From: a virus
Lineage: Duplodnaviria; Caudoviricetes
IMG/VR virus record: IMGVR_UViG_3300037054_000205
Coordinates: 1-59,698 of that record
Length of the DNA: 59,698 nt
Direction: 5' to 3' (one strand)
Under the pieces are notes generated by a model that was not told where the DNA came from, did no database searches, and was given only the letters and a program-made list of their open reading frames with translations. Position numbers and translations under genes: made by a program. Position 1 is the stretch's first letter; every line of letters begins with the position of its first letter. Of the stretch, positions 47,997 to 57,214 are shown in pieces.

Positions 47997-48103
47997 GCGG
48001 AGTCGCACTCCGCTGATTTGGTGGTAGTATGAGATACGGCTAGCCTGCGGGAGCGGGCACAGGGTTTTCCCCGTGTCGTCTCATGCGCGCGTGGTAGCAC
48101 CAA
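47997..48103 (+). ncRNA. candidate structured RNA between ssb and uvrD
   Basis: GCGGAGT/ACTCCGC hairpin and nested stems TTGGTG/CACCAA, GATACGG/CCGTGTC, CCTGC-GGGA-GCGGG. Confidence 0.4.
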
Positions 48104-48139
48104 CGAGAATGCCAAAAATCCACGCACAAATTTTATGAG

Positions 48140-49732
48140 GTGTCTGTGGTATCTCTAAATCAAGACCAAACTGCCGTTGTCTTCGACTCCCAGGGCGCGC
48201 GCTCTATTGTGGCAGGTCCTGGGAGCGGAAAGACCACCACGATGGTGGAGTTGGTTCGCCACCTTATCGCAGATGGTGTCTCCCCTACCGAAATTCGCGC
48301 AGTCACCTTCTCGAAAGAAATGGCAGGGCATCTCGCGAAGAAGCTAGGCATCGACGGCATCGCATCCACCTTCCATAGCCTGGGCTACGCAATTTGTTCC
48401 GAGACCGAACGCAAACCCGTCGAGCCAGAACTGCGGTATCGGCTGATGTGCCGACTCTGCAAGCGGTGGGGGCTCGACTACAAGGAACTGGACATGTTCA
48501 TTGCCCGGATGCGCCGCGAGAACATCACCCCTGCGGCGGTGGAGTATGACGACGGCGGGAACTACCCTGTCGATTTAGGGAGCGCGTACGTCGAGTATGA
48601 GGATACCCGCGCGCGGGAAGGCTGGATGGACTTCGACTCCATGCTGGCAGACGCGGTGCAGTTGCTGGAGACCAACACCCAATGCCGGGCGCGCTGGCAG
48701 CCAAAATACCTCATCGTCGACGAAGCCCAAGACACCGATAACTGCCAATGGCGCATGATGCAACTAATGGCCGAGACGCATAACAACATCACGGTCGTTG
48801 GCGACCCGAACCAAGCCATCTACGGCTTTCGTGGGGCGAAGCCCGACAACATCACCAATTTCCAACAGTGGTTCCCAGAAGGCCGCCGCTATTACTTGGG
48901 GTTGAACTACCGAAGCACACAAACCATTGTGAAGTTTGTTCGCGAGAACGTACCCCCCGGCACCCCGCAGGAGTTACTCGACCGAATGGTCGCCGCCCGC
49001 GACGTGAAGGGCGCGCCGATTGGGCTGAAGATGTATTGGAACGACGACGACGAAGCCGAGTCAGCGTTGAAGCTGGCACAGGCGGACCCGCTCAACAGTA
49101 TTATTCTTGCCCGCACTAACCGCGCCGTGGGACTCCTGGAGCGGTTGTGTAATCGGTATAGTGTTCGATACCACCTGATGGGCAAGACCGGATTCTGGAA
49201 ACAGAATGAGATTCGGAAGGCCGTCCAAGCGCTGGGAAATTATCCGCTAATTTCCTGTGAGGCCGGGCTGAACCTTACCCTCCCGGGCATTGAAAAGAAA
49301 TATGCCGTAGACGACCGGACGGAGCGCGATAACGACGCGCTGGAAAATTTACAGACGTTGCGAATCATCGGCAAAGATTTCAGCAAGGCCAGAGATTTTG
49401 TGATACACGCCAACAAGATGATGCACCGCCGCAACGACCCGAGGGGCGTCTCGATATCCACCGTCCACCAAGCCAAGGGCGGAGAATGGAAGAACGTCTA
49501 CATCATCGGAGCCAACGCGAAGGGATTCCCGCACCCAAAGGGAGACCCTATGGAAGAAAAGCGCATCTACTTCGTAGCAATATCACGGGCAATCGATAAC
49601 CTGCGTATTTCGTTCGCCGGGACGCCGTCGTTGTACTTGCGAAAATATTTAACGGAAGAAATTTTGGATACGCTTCGTGAGAAGGCGGAAGAGGTTGACC
49701 GACTGCAGGAACAGAAAAAACTTTTCGCATAG
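48140..49732 (+). CDS. uvrD: UvrD/Rep SF1 helicase
   Basis: AGPGSGKTT, VDEAQD, VGDPNQAIYGFRGA, NYRS, TVHQAKGGEW, YFVAISRA. Confidence 0.95.
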   Translation: MSVVSLNQDQTAVVFDSQGARSIVAGPGSGKTTTMVELVRHLIADGVSPTEIRAVTFSKEMAGHLAKKLGIDGIASTFHSLGYAICSETERKPVEPELRYRLMCRLCKRWGLDYKELDMFIARMRRENITPAAVEYDDGGNYPVDLGSAYVEYEDTRAREGWMDFDSMLADAVQLLETNTQCRARWQPKYLIVDEAQDTDNCQWRMMQLMAETHNNITVVGDPNQAIYGFRGAKPDNITNFQQWFPEGRRYYLGLNYRSTQTIVKFVRENVPPGTPQELLDRMVAARDVKGAPIGLKMYWNDDDEAESALKLAQADPLNSIILARTNRAVGLLERLCNRYSVRYHLMGKTGFWKQNEIRKAVQALGNYPLISCEAGLNLTLPGIEKKYAVDDRTERDNDALENLQTLRIIGKDFSKARDFVIHANKMMHRRNDPRGVSISTVHQAKGGEWKNVYIIGANAKGFPHPKGDPMEEKRIYFVAISRAIDNLRISFAGTPSLYLRKYLTEEILDTLREKAEEVDRLQEQKKLFA

Positions 49733-49740
49733 GAGAGAAC

Positions 49741-50865
49741 ATGAGCACCATGAAGCCGCATCTGTACATAAATTCGAAAGGGTACTTCGTCACCCGCCAC
49801 AGCTACAGCGGCGGCGACTCGTTCAATTACTGTGCCCGCAAGTACTACCTTGAGCGCGTGCAGGGTTGGTCAGAGAAACAGGAGCGAATCGCCAAGTATT
49901 TTGGCATTGCGCTGGAAAAGGCGTGGACGTTCTGGCACCAGCGCGGCCAGGACACCAGCGCCGCTGTCGCCGAGTTTGTGCGCGTGTGGGCGGAACATAA
50001 AGATAAGGATTACATCTACTCCAAGCCTGAAAAAGACTGGGACACGCTGAATCTCACGGGGCAAGAACTCATTCGCCTCTACGCTATCCGCTACCCAACG
50101 TTGCCATATGTCGTGAATAACACCAAGGATTTCCAGGTCGAGACCACATTTGAAGTGTTTCCCGGCACCAAGCTGGCGGGCATTGAATTCACCAGCTATA
50201 TCGACTTGCTGGCGCAGGACAAAGTTTCGGGAAAGCCCATCATCATTGACTGCAAGACCTCGGGCAAGGATATCCCCGACCTTATCGTGCTGGACCCGCA
50301 GCTTCGGAGCTATTCCTGGGTGAAGGGATTCCGAAAAGTGGCGTTTTTGTGGTTCCGCAAGATGGGGCGGTCGATTTCGCGCGGCGACACGGCTACGATG
50401 CTGGAGCCCTACGCCGGATTGGCGCCGGGCACCGACGTCACGGTCCTGGCGACAGGTGAATTCGGAGTCTGGGTGACCCCGGACGAGAATGGATACACGG
50501 AAATGGCCGAGAAGTTTGTTGGCGAATCGAAGGCGGTGAAGGCGGCGCGATTTGATTATGTGGCTCTTCGTGGCTCCCATGTCACCGAATCATCTCTCAC
50601 TAAACAGCGCGTTCAATTTGGGATGTCCACGATCACCTCCGAGAGTGCCGAGGATATCGGGCGGTCCATCAAACAGGACATCATCAACATCACGACCGCA
50701 ACGGAGAAAGAATTCTTTCCAATGCAGAGCGGGATAAGATTCCCAAATGAAAAGTGCCCAAATTGCGCGATGCGTGGAATTTGTGCCAACCGTCCCGAAC
50801 TGCGGGACATGCTGTTGGTTCGGAAACAGCAGGATGAACTTGCTTTTTCGCAAGAAACGGAGTAG
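49741..50865 (+). CDS. PD-(D/E)XK nuclease (RecB/AddB-like, Cys cluster)
   Basis: HSYS...CARKYY, IDLL...IIDCKT, QLRSY, CPNC...C. Confidence 0.85.
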   Translation: MSTMKPHLYINSKGYFVTRHSYSGGDSFNYCARKYYLERVQGWSEKQERIAKYFGIALEKAWTFWHQRGQDTSAAVAEFVRVWAEHKDKDYIYSKPEKDWDTLNLTGQELIRLYAIRYPTLPYVVNNTKDFQVETTFEVFPGTKLAGIEFTSYIDLLAQDKVSGKPIIIDCKTSGKDIPDLIVLDPQLRSYSWVKGFRKVAFLWFRKMGRSISRGDTATMLEPYAGLAPGTDVTVLATGEFGVWVTPDENGYTEMAEKFVGESKAVKAARFDYVALRGSHVTESSLTKQRVQFGMSTITSESAEDIGRSIKQDIINITTATEKEFFPMQSGIRFPNEKCPNCAMRGICANRPELRDMLLVRKQQDELAFSQETE

Positions 50866-50889
50866 GCTCTAGGTTCCACTGAGCCTCCT

Positions 50890-53043
50890 ATGGTAAAATC
50901 CAAATTTTCCAATGACGACCTGACGCGGTGGAAACGAGAAATCAACCCCTCGCCGATTATCGGGTCTCGGGTCCCTTTGCGCCGCGAGAACGCTGAGTAT
51001 CTCGGGTTATGCCCGTTTCATCCTGACAAAAACCCCTCATTCAAAGTTTGGAAGTCTGACGAAGGGGTGTGGGGGTTCAAGTGTTTCGGATGCGGCGAGG
51101 CCGGGAACGTGTTTCAGTTCGTGCAGAAATTTGACCAAATTCCGTTCACCGTCGCCGTCGCTAAAGTCTTAACGGAAGCGGGTGTCGCTGGCTGGGAAGA
51201 CGGGCAATCACAAGCGGACCCCAAGATTCCCGACCAGACCCCGAAGGAAACCGTTACCTTCCCGATGGCGCAATACCAACCCGCTACGGCGGCACTGGAG
51301 CGCTCCCCTGCAGGGCAGAAATGGTTGGCGGCGCGCGGAATCACCATGGAAACCGCGCGAAAGTTTCACCTGGGTTTCGTGCAGAGCGCGGCGGCAATTT
51401 CTAACAGCAACTCCTGGGTAAACGACGGCTGGGTGCTGTTTCCGACCATTTCAACAGACGTTGAAACCGTCACTGCAGTGAAATATCGGAGCCTTATCGC
51501 AAAGAAGGGCAAGCGCCCGGACGGGCATGAGAATTCTGGCATCTTGCGCGCGCCCGACACCTCCACGACCCTCTATAATCTTCAAACAGTGACGCCGCAG
51601 GGGGATGTGTGGGTCTGCGAAGGCGAACCCGACACTCTGGTGCTGGCCCAGGCCGGATTGACCGCCGTAGGGTACCCGATGGCGGGATATAAGCCTACAG
51701 AGGAGGAATGTGAGTTGCTTTCCTCGGCGAAGCGTCGGTTCCTGGCAGGGGATAATGACGCGGTGGGCTCTAAGGCCATGGCGGGATTACTGGCAAGATT
51801 ACGCGGAGAGACCCACGTCATTCGCTGGCCGAACAACCGAAAAGACGCCAACGACGTTCTGACAAACGAATGTGGGAACGACCCGGCCAAGTTTAGGGCG
51901 CTCGTTGGGGAATTACAAGCTCGGGCTACCCGAACCGGGCCGATCACTATAGAGTTTCACACCCCCGCACTTCCAGACCCTGATGGAGAATATGTGGTTG
52001 CGCCTGCGGAGCATCAAGAAGATGGCTGGTTTCCGCTCGGGGATATCAGCCTGATTGGTGGGGCCAGCGGTACGGGAAAGACAACTTGGATTTTCGAAAT
52101 GCTCCATAAACAAAAACAGGGTTGGGAAGTCTTAGGGCACAGCACCTTCAAGCACTCTTTTCATGTTCTGGCGTACGACAGGGGAGCAAACGCTTTTACC
52201 CGCACGCTGCGGCGGCTGAATTTAGCGCCGAGGGATATCCCAACAACCCCCCTCCCGCTGTCTTTCGGCACCGACGCGGTGCAAAACATCATCAATGAAA
52301 TCGAGAAGATGAGGCCGACCCCCAATATAATATTCATTGAAGGGTTAGACATGCTGCTCGATGACGCCAATAAAAAGTCAGTCGTATCCCCATTCATGCG
52401 ACAAATGCAAGAGACGGCGGCGCATTTTCACATCGCTTTGATTTGTAGTGTCGGAGCACCCAAAACCAAGCGCGGGGAAGACTACGCCGCCAAGCGGGAT
52501 AAGCTCTCAGGGAGCGAAGCCTGGGGTCGGAACTGCGAAACGGTCTGTGTACTCGAATTCTCTGAAGAAGACGACGGGACCGCCCCCCAGCGCGAATTAA
52601 CCATACTCCCACGCAATGCCCCGGCTGAAAAGTTCACCCTTCAGTTCGAAGGCGGGCGTCTTGTGCCAGTAAAAGCAACCGAAGAAGAAGAACCAGACCA
52701 AAAACCCACAGGGCGGCCACCTCTGGCGTTACAGAAGGCTGTTCGGTTTTTGGAGCGAGAACTGCAAGATGGAACCAGGAAAGACAGCCAGGAAGTGTAC
52801 GCCCGCGCGCAAGGGTTGGAGAGAATCAGCAGGAGTACTCTGGACCGCGCCATCGACTCGATGCACATCAAAACCGAGATGGAGCCGTATACAACCACAA
52901 ATCCTCGTTCACATGTGGTCAAGCACGGTTACCGGGTCATGTGGTCATTAGAGCCCATGAGTGTTGGCGGTGAAAACAACATCGAAGAGATGAACGGACA
53001 ATCATCACCTTTGCTGGACTATGGGTCGTCACATGGGAAATAA
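50890..53043 (+). CDS. primase-helicase (CHC2 Zn finger, TOPRIM, RecA-like ATPase)
   Basis: CPFHPDKNPS..CFGC, CEGEPD, DND, KDAND, GASGTGKTT. Confidence 0.92.
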   Translation: MVKSKFSNDDLTRWKREINPSPIIGSRVPLRRENAEYLGLCPFHPDKNPSFKVWKSDEGVWGFKCFGCGEAGNVFQFVQKFDQIPFTVAVAKVLTEAGVAGWEDGQSQADPKIPDQTPKETVTFPMAQYQPATAALERSPAGQKWLAARGITMETARKFHLGFVQSAAAISNSNSWVNDGWVLFPTISTDVETVTAVKYRSLIAKKGKRPDGHENSGILRAPDTSTTLYNLQTVTPQGDVWVCEGEPDTLVLAQAGLTAVGYPMAGYKPTEEECELLSSAKRRFLAGDNDAVGSKAMAGLLARLRGETHVIRWPNNRKDANDVLTNECGNDPAKFRALVGELQARATRTGPITIEFHTPALPDPDGEYVVAPAEHQEDGWFPLGDISLIGGASGTGKTTWIFEMLHKQKQGWEVLGHSTFKHSFHVLAYDRGANAFTRTLRRLNLAPRDIPTTPLPLSFGTDAVQNIINEIEKMRPTPNIIFIEGLDMLLDDANKKSVVSPFMRQMQETAAHFHIALICSVGAPKTKRGEDYAAKRDKLSGSEAWGRNCETVCVLEFSEEDDGTAPQRELTILPRNAPAEKFTLQFEGGRLVPVKATEEEEPDQKPTGRPPLALQKAVRFLERELQDGTRKDSQEVYARAQGLERISRSTLDRAIDSMHIKTEMEPYTTTNPRSHVVKHGYRVMWSLEPMSVGGENNIEEMNGQSSPLLDYGSSHGK

Positions 53044-53100
53044 CTACCCATGTCTGCTTGTAAGGGTTCGTCAAATGAGTTTTAGCTGTGTGCAGGAGAA

Positions 53101-53203
53101 TACTTTTGGAAATGGTTGTATATATATGATTCTATTATATATAAGTCTTTCCAAAACCCTTCTGGAAAACAAGGGGGACTTCTGGAAACACTTTCCAAAA
53201 GTA
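53101..53203. other. candidate replication origin
   Basis: 12-bp inverted repeat TACTTTTGGAAA/TTTCCAAAAGTA, TA-rich core, CTTCTGGAAA direct repeats. Confidence 0.5.
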
Positions 53204-53234
53204 AACTATTTTCTGCGCCGAGGAGGAAAAGACC

Positions 53235-53735
53235 ATGTCTCGACTAAGTAAGAGTTTGCCTCGAATCGCAGCCCATGAACTGCAAAACACCCGCTGCGGG
53301 TTGAAGAACCTTCAGTTTAAGTTGGAACTGATATCGGAAGCCTACGGGGCCGCCGATGTAGAAAACGATTTTCGAGATTGGTGCCGGGGCTTGGAGGAAG
53401 GGCTCCATCCGAAATACCCGATTTTCGATTACATGAAGGTGATTGACTCTCGGTTAGGGTCTTCCCCTGAAGAGAAGCGGGCCGATTTCGACGACCCGGC
53501 CATCAGTGAATTGCAATCCCTCGCATATGAGTTGACCGGGCTGTTTCCGGTAAAAACTTCAGTCGCAAATGCGCGGGTGATATACTCGGTCGAAGAGATC
53601 AAAGATGCCTTGGTAGAATACACCGAGGCTCTACCGGATAAAGGCTCGAAAGCGGACATGCGGGCCTTCTGGGCCGAAGGCGGGGTCGACGCCATCATTC
53701 TTGCCCGCAGACGGAGAGCCGAACATGCCCGTTAA
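53235..53735 (+). CDS. hypothetical protein
   Basis: GAGGAGG RBS. Confidence 0.75.
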   Translation: MSRLSKSLPRIAAHELQNTRCGLKNLQFKLELISEAYGAADVENDFRDWCRGLEEGLHPKYPIFDYMKVIDSRLGSSPEEKRADFDDPAISELQSLAYELTGLFPVKTSVANARVIYSVEEIKDALVEYTEALPDKGSKADMRAFWAEGGVDAIILARRRRAEHAR

Positions 53736-54039
53736 AGTGGTGAAGATTAGTCGGAAGTATCTGAATTTCGGGACCTACATCGGACGGGAGTGGGCGGGGA
53801 ACGGTGAGTCTCTTTTTCACAATCCTTACCACATCGGTCCCGACGGTTCCCGTGCGGAGGTGATTGCTAAATTTGCGGAGTACTGGTATAGTCCGCAACA
53901 GAAGTTTCTCCGCGAGGCGGCCTTGACTCATATTGCGCAGCATGCTACACTGGGTTGTTGGTGCAAGCCCCGCGACTGTCATGGAGACATTATCGCGGGG
54001 TATCTTAACTGGAAACGACAGGAGCCCAGATTATGGTAG
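53725..54039 (+). CDS. DUF4326-family protein
   Basis: YIGR...NPY...LGCWCKPRDCHGD. Confidence 0.85.
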   Translation: MPVKVVKISRKYLNFGTYIGREWAGNGESLFHNPYHIGPDGSRAEVIAKFAEYWYSPQQKFLREAALTHIAQHATLGCWCKPRDCHGDIIAGYLNWKRQEPRLW

Positions 54040-54320
54040 ATGCAGCCGACCACACCGAACCAGATTGTCGCGGGAACTGCGGGTTCTGCAAGAATCACGA
54101 AGACGGGTACGCTAAAATGGATGAGAATGGGAAAATGCAGCCCGCTTGTTGGCCCTGCATCGACAAAGACCGCGTGGCGGTAAAGTTTCGCCCCCGTAAG
54201 CCCGTGGGAACGACATTCACGGAAGACACCGACACCGATGTCCATATTAAAGCGCGGGAGAAGAAAGAGAAACACGCCCCCGGTCTCGCGCCATCCGAAG
54301 TTCGACCAAAGGTGAACTAA
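54033..54320 (+). CDS. Cys-rich hypothetical protein
   Basis: AGGAG RBS; CRGNCGFC...CWPC. Confidence 0.65.
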   Translation: MVDAADHTEPDCRGNCGFCKNHEDGYAKMDENGKMQPACWPCIDKDRVAVKFRPRKPVGTTFTEDTDTDVHIKAREKKEKHAPGLAPSEVRPKVN

Positions 54321-54586
54321 TGGAAACCAATGAACAGAAAATAGCAAGAGAAGAGATTAGTGCCGTTGTGGCGAGCCTGCTTCGAATTGCCACGAAAAAC
54401 AAATGCGCCGTCGTCGGATTTGTGATTGGAGCGGAGCCCGCGCTGATGATTCGATTTGGCAACGTGAAAGAGAAGGGTCCTGCGCTGGCTGAGTTGTATT
54501 TGAAACTCTCCGATATCTCCGAAGAAAAAGAAGAGTCGGGAGAGACGATTATCCGCAACATAAAATCCGAAGGGTTGGGAAATTAA
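54320..54586 (+). CDS. hypothetical protein
   Basis: Coupled ORF. Confidence 0.65.
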   Translation: METNEQKIAREEISAVVASLLRIATKNKCAVVGFVIGAEPALMIRFGNVKEKGPALAELYLKLSDISEEKEESGETIIRNIKSEGLGN

Positions 54587-54587
54587 C

Positions 54588-55223
54588 ATGGAAATGTACG
54601 CGACCAGTCCTGACGTAGACCCCATTCAACATGTTCGGGAGTGGGCGATGCATATGGCGGTCAATGAGGACAACTCTGAGCGGGGGTATGCACACCTCGG
54701 GTGGTTGTTGCTGCAGGTCGCGGATATGCAATACTGGCGCGTACATTTTACGACCTTCCGAGAGTACCTCCGAAGTGTGGCGCAAGTCTCCAGGAAGTCT
54801 GTCGGGCAACTTCACCAGTATTTTCTTACTGTCCGAGACTTGAGCGACACATTTTCGGCAGAGCAACTTGAAATTATGGGAATTTCGAAAGCTATCAAAC
54901 TGCGCGCGGCGAAAGATTATGCCATAGTTCTGCCCGCCGTCGTGGTGAATGCCGCGCTCGACCCGAAGATTACTGTTCAGGACCTGAAAAAAGTTATTTC
55001 CGTCGCACTTAAGATGCCGGAGGAAGAGGGCGACTGGATGGACCTGGAATTTGAGTTCATGGTGACGCCGGAACAACGCGCCCTATTTACGCAAGCCGTG
55101 GATGTGGCGATGCACACGGAGCCGTTGACGAAATCAACGATTTCTAAATCTGCCCAGATGCTGGACGTGGCAACCAAGTTGGCTCAGGAATTTTTAGGGT
55201 CTCATTGCGGTGATGGGCAATGA
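54588..55223 (+). CDS. hypothetical protein (possibly DNA-binding)
   Basis: LGWLL...YW...TFREYL helical pattern. Confidence 0.7.
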   Translation: MEMYATSPDVDPIQHVREWAMHMAVNEDNSERGYAHLGWLLLQVADMQYWRVHFTTFREYLRSVAQVSRKSVGQLHQYFLTVRDLSDTFSAEQLEIMGISKAIKLRAAKDYAIVLPAVVVNAALDPKITVQDLKKVISVALKMPEEEGDWMDLEFEFMVTPEQRALFTQAVDVAMHTEPLTKSTISKSAQMLDVATKLAQEFLGSHCGDGQ

Positions 55224-55612
55224 GAAAATTTGTGTGTGTGGAATTAGACCAGACCCGGAACTGGGTGGTGAGGATTTTTCGCAGCGAGAGCGCCGCATAT
55301 GGCGCGCAGGGTCCTACGGATGTCATTTTATATTCGAAGGCCGTGAGTAGTATCCGTCACGCGTTGTTTATTCGGTCCAAAGGGTTATGTGAACTTTGCA
55401 GTGAAATTTTGACCGAAAAGTCCGGGCATATGCATGAACAAATGCATCGCGGAAAGGGTGGTGAGATAAGTCTGGAGAATAGTGTTTTTATTTGCGCCCG
55501 TACGCATAAGCGAGAGCATCGCGACAGGAATGTGCGATGGGGCGAGACCGTCTGTCAGCACATGAACAATCCATTTGAATGTAAACTTTGTCGAGAGAGG
55601 AGTATTTTGTGA
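55220..55612 (+). CDS. HNH-like endonuclease
   Basis: CELCSE...HMHE..HRGKGG...NSVFIC..HKREH. Confidence 0.7.
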   Translation: MRKFVCVELDQTRNWVVRIFRSESAAYGAQGPTDVILYSKAVSSIRHALFIRSKGLCELCSEILTEKSGHMHEQMHRGKGGEISLENSVFICARTHKREHRDRNVRWGETVCQHMNNPFECKLCRERSIL

Positions 55613-57066
55613 TAAAACACTTAATTCGGGTACTGGTATTGGTGATGGCTGTTTTCGTGATTAACGGCAGGGGGGTAGCGACCCCAATTGGCGGCCCTAC
55701 GGGATACACGCTTTGCGCTTCAGAAAATGGTACGTGTTCATTTACTGGAACGGCGAGCGTGGCGTATGGGGCGAACGGACAATTCAATTATCAAAACCTC
55801 ACGGGAGGCACGCTCTGCGCTAATTCGGTCTTTGGTGACCCAATTTACGGAGTTGCAAAGGCATGCTATACGCAGGCGGCACTACCACCGAGCGGAGGTC
55901 CTACGGGCTACACGTTCTGCTCTTCTGAAAGCGGAACTTGTTCCTTTACGGGAACGATGAGCGTGGCTTTCGGAGCTAACGGTCAATTCAACTATAAGAA
56001 CCTCACGGGCGGAACGTCCTGTACCAACACCGTGTTCGGCGACCCAATTTACGGAGTTGCAAAATCGTGCTACACGCAAGCGGTGACACCTCCCCCAAGC
56101 GGCGGACCCACGGGTTACACATTCTGTGCTTCGGAAAACGGCGCGTGTGCGTTTACCGGAACTGCGAGTGTGGCTTTCGGAGCTAATGGCGCATTTAACT
56201 ATAAGAACCTCACAGGCGGCACGCCATGCACGAATGTCATCTTCGGCGACCCAATTTACGGAGTTGCAAAATCTTGCTACACGCAGTCCGTCACTGTTGG
56301 GAGTGTCGTGATTACCACGGCGTCAATTCCTGGCGGCATGGTTGGGTTGTCTTATCAAACTACCATCGCCACCACGGGCGGAACGGCCCCCTACACCTTT
56401 TCCATATCGGGGGGTTCTCTTCCACCTGGGCTCTCTTTGGCGTCTAGCACAGGAATGATTTACGGAACACCAATAGTTTCAGGGGTATTCCCGTTCACTA
56501 TTCAGGTAGTTGATTCGGAGAATCCAGCCGCATTAGCTACGCATCCGTATACTATCGCCGTTGTGTCGACGTTGGCAATCTCTACAGCATCCTTGCCTGC
56601 CGCGAACATCGGGGTGGGGTACACCACAACCATTACCGCAACGGGAGGCGTTGTGCCGTACACGTTCGCGGTTACGAATGGTTCATTGCCTGCGGGGTTG
56701 CCTTTGAATTCTGCAACTGGCGTTCTCGCGGGGACTCCAACAACGGGAGGGGCTTTTAACTTCACACTGACGGCTTCCGACAGCGCAGTGCCTCAAGATA
56801 AATCCTCGGCCCCATTTCTCATTGTTGTGGGGCATACGGTTATTGTGCAGTGGACGGCATCCATTACTCCAGGGGTTTCCTATAACGTGTACTCTGGAAT
56901 CACTTCGGGGGGACCTTACACCTCGATTGGAACCACATCCGCGTTGAATTTTAGGGACCCCACATCTACTGCGGGAAACACTTATTACTATGTGGTAACC
57001 GCGTTCGACACTAATGGTGAGAGTGGGTATTCCAATGAAGCGTCAGCAGTGATTCCAAAACCCTAA
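55609..57066 (+). CDS. exported protein: three Cys-rich repeats, two putative-Ig domains and an FN3-like domain
   Basis: Signal peptide; 3x GGPTGYTxC..E.G.C.F...FGDPIYGVAKxCY; GGxxPYTF...LPxGL; YYYVVTAFD...ESGYSNE. Confidence 0.85.
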   Translation: MIKHLIRVLVLVMAVFVINGRGVATPIGGPTGYTLCASENGTCSFTGTASVAYGANGQFNYQNLTGGTLCANSVFGDPIYGVAKACYTQAALPPSGGPTGYTFCSSESGTCSFTGTMSVAFGANGQFNYKNLTGGTSCTNTVFGDPIYGVAKSCYTQAVTPPPSGGPTGYTFCASENGACAFTGTASVAFGANGAFNYKNLTGGTPCTNVIFGDPIYGVAKSCYTQSVTVGSVVITTASIPGGMVGLSYQTTIATTGGTAPYTFSISGGSLPPGLSLASSTGMIYGTPIVSGVFPFTIQVVDSENPAALATHPYTIAVVSTLAISTASLPAANIGVGYTTTITATGGVVPYTFAVTNGSLPAGLPLNSATGVLAGTPTTGGAFNFTLTASDSAVPQDKSSAPFLIVVGHTVIVQWTASITPGVSYNVYSGITSGGPYTSIGTTSALNFRDPTSTAGNTYYYVVTAFDTNGESGYSNEASAVIPKP

Positions 57067-57098
57067 AGAAAAAACTTGACAATGGATTATCTTTAGGG
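57061..57098. promoter_or_regulatory. inverted repeat CCCTAAAGA/TCTTTAGGG bracketing a TTGACA
   Basis: Arms at 57061-57069 and 57090-57098; TTGACA at 57076. Confidence 0.45.
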
Positions 57099-57214
57099 CA
57101 GTATTAAAGGTGCGAAGTGGAGTAGGATTCACCTAGTATACCCCGGCGGCGAGCCGATGAGCAGACGGCTCGCCAGCCTCCTTCGAATTCAATCTGCCAA
57201 ATACGAGGAGAATT

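Noticed and set aside
49741-50865. Cas4 indicating a CRISPR system
   Set aside because: Context is a UvrD/primase replication block with no array; better explained as a phage exonuclease
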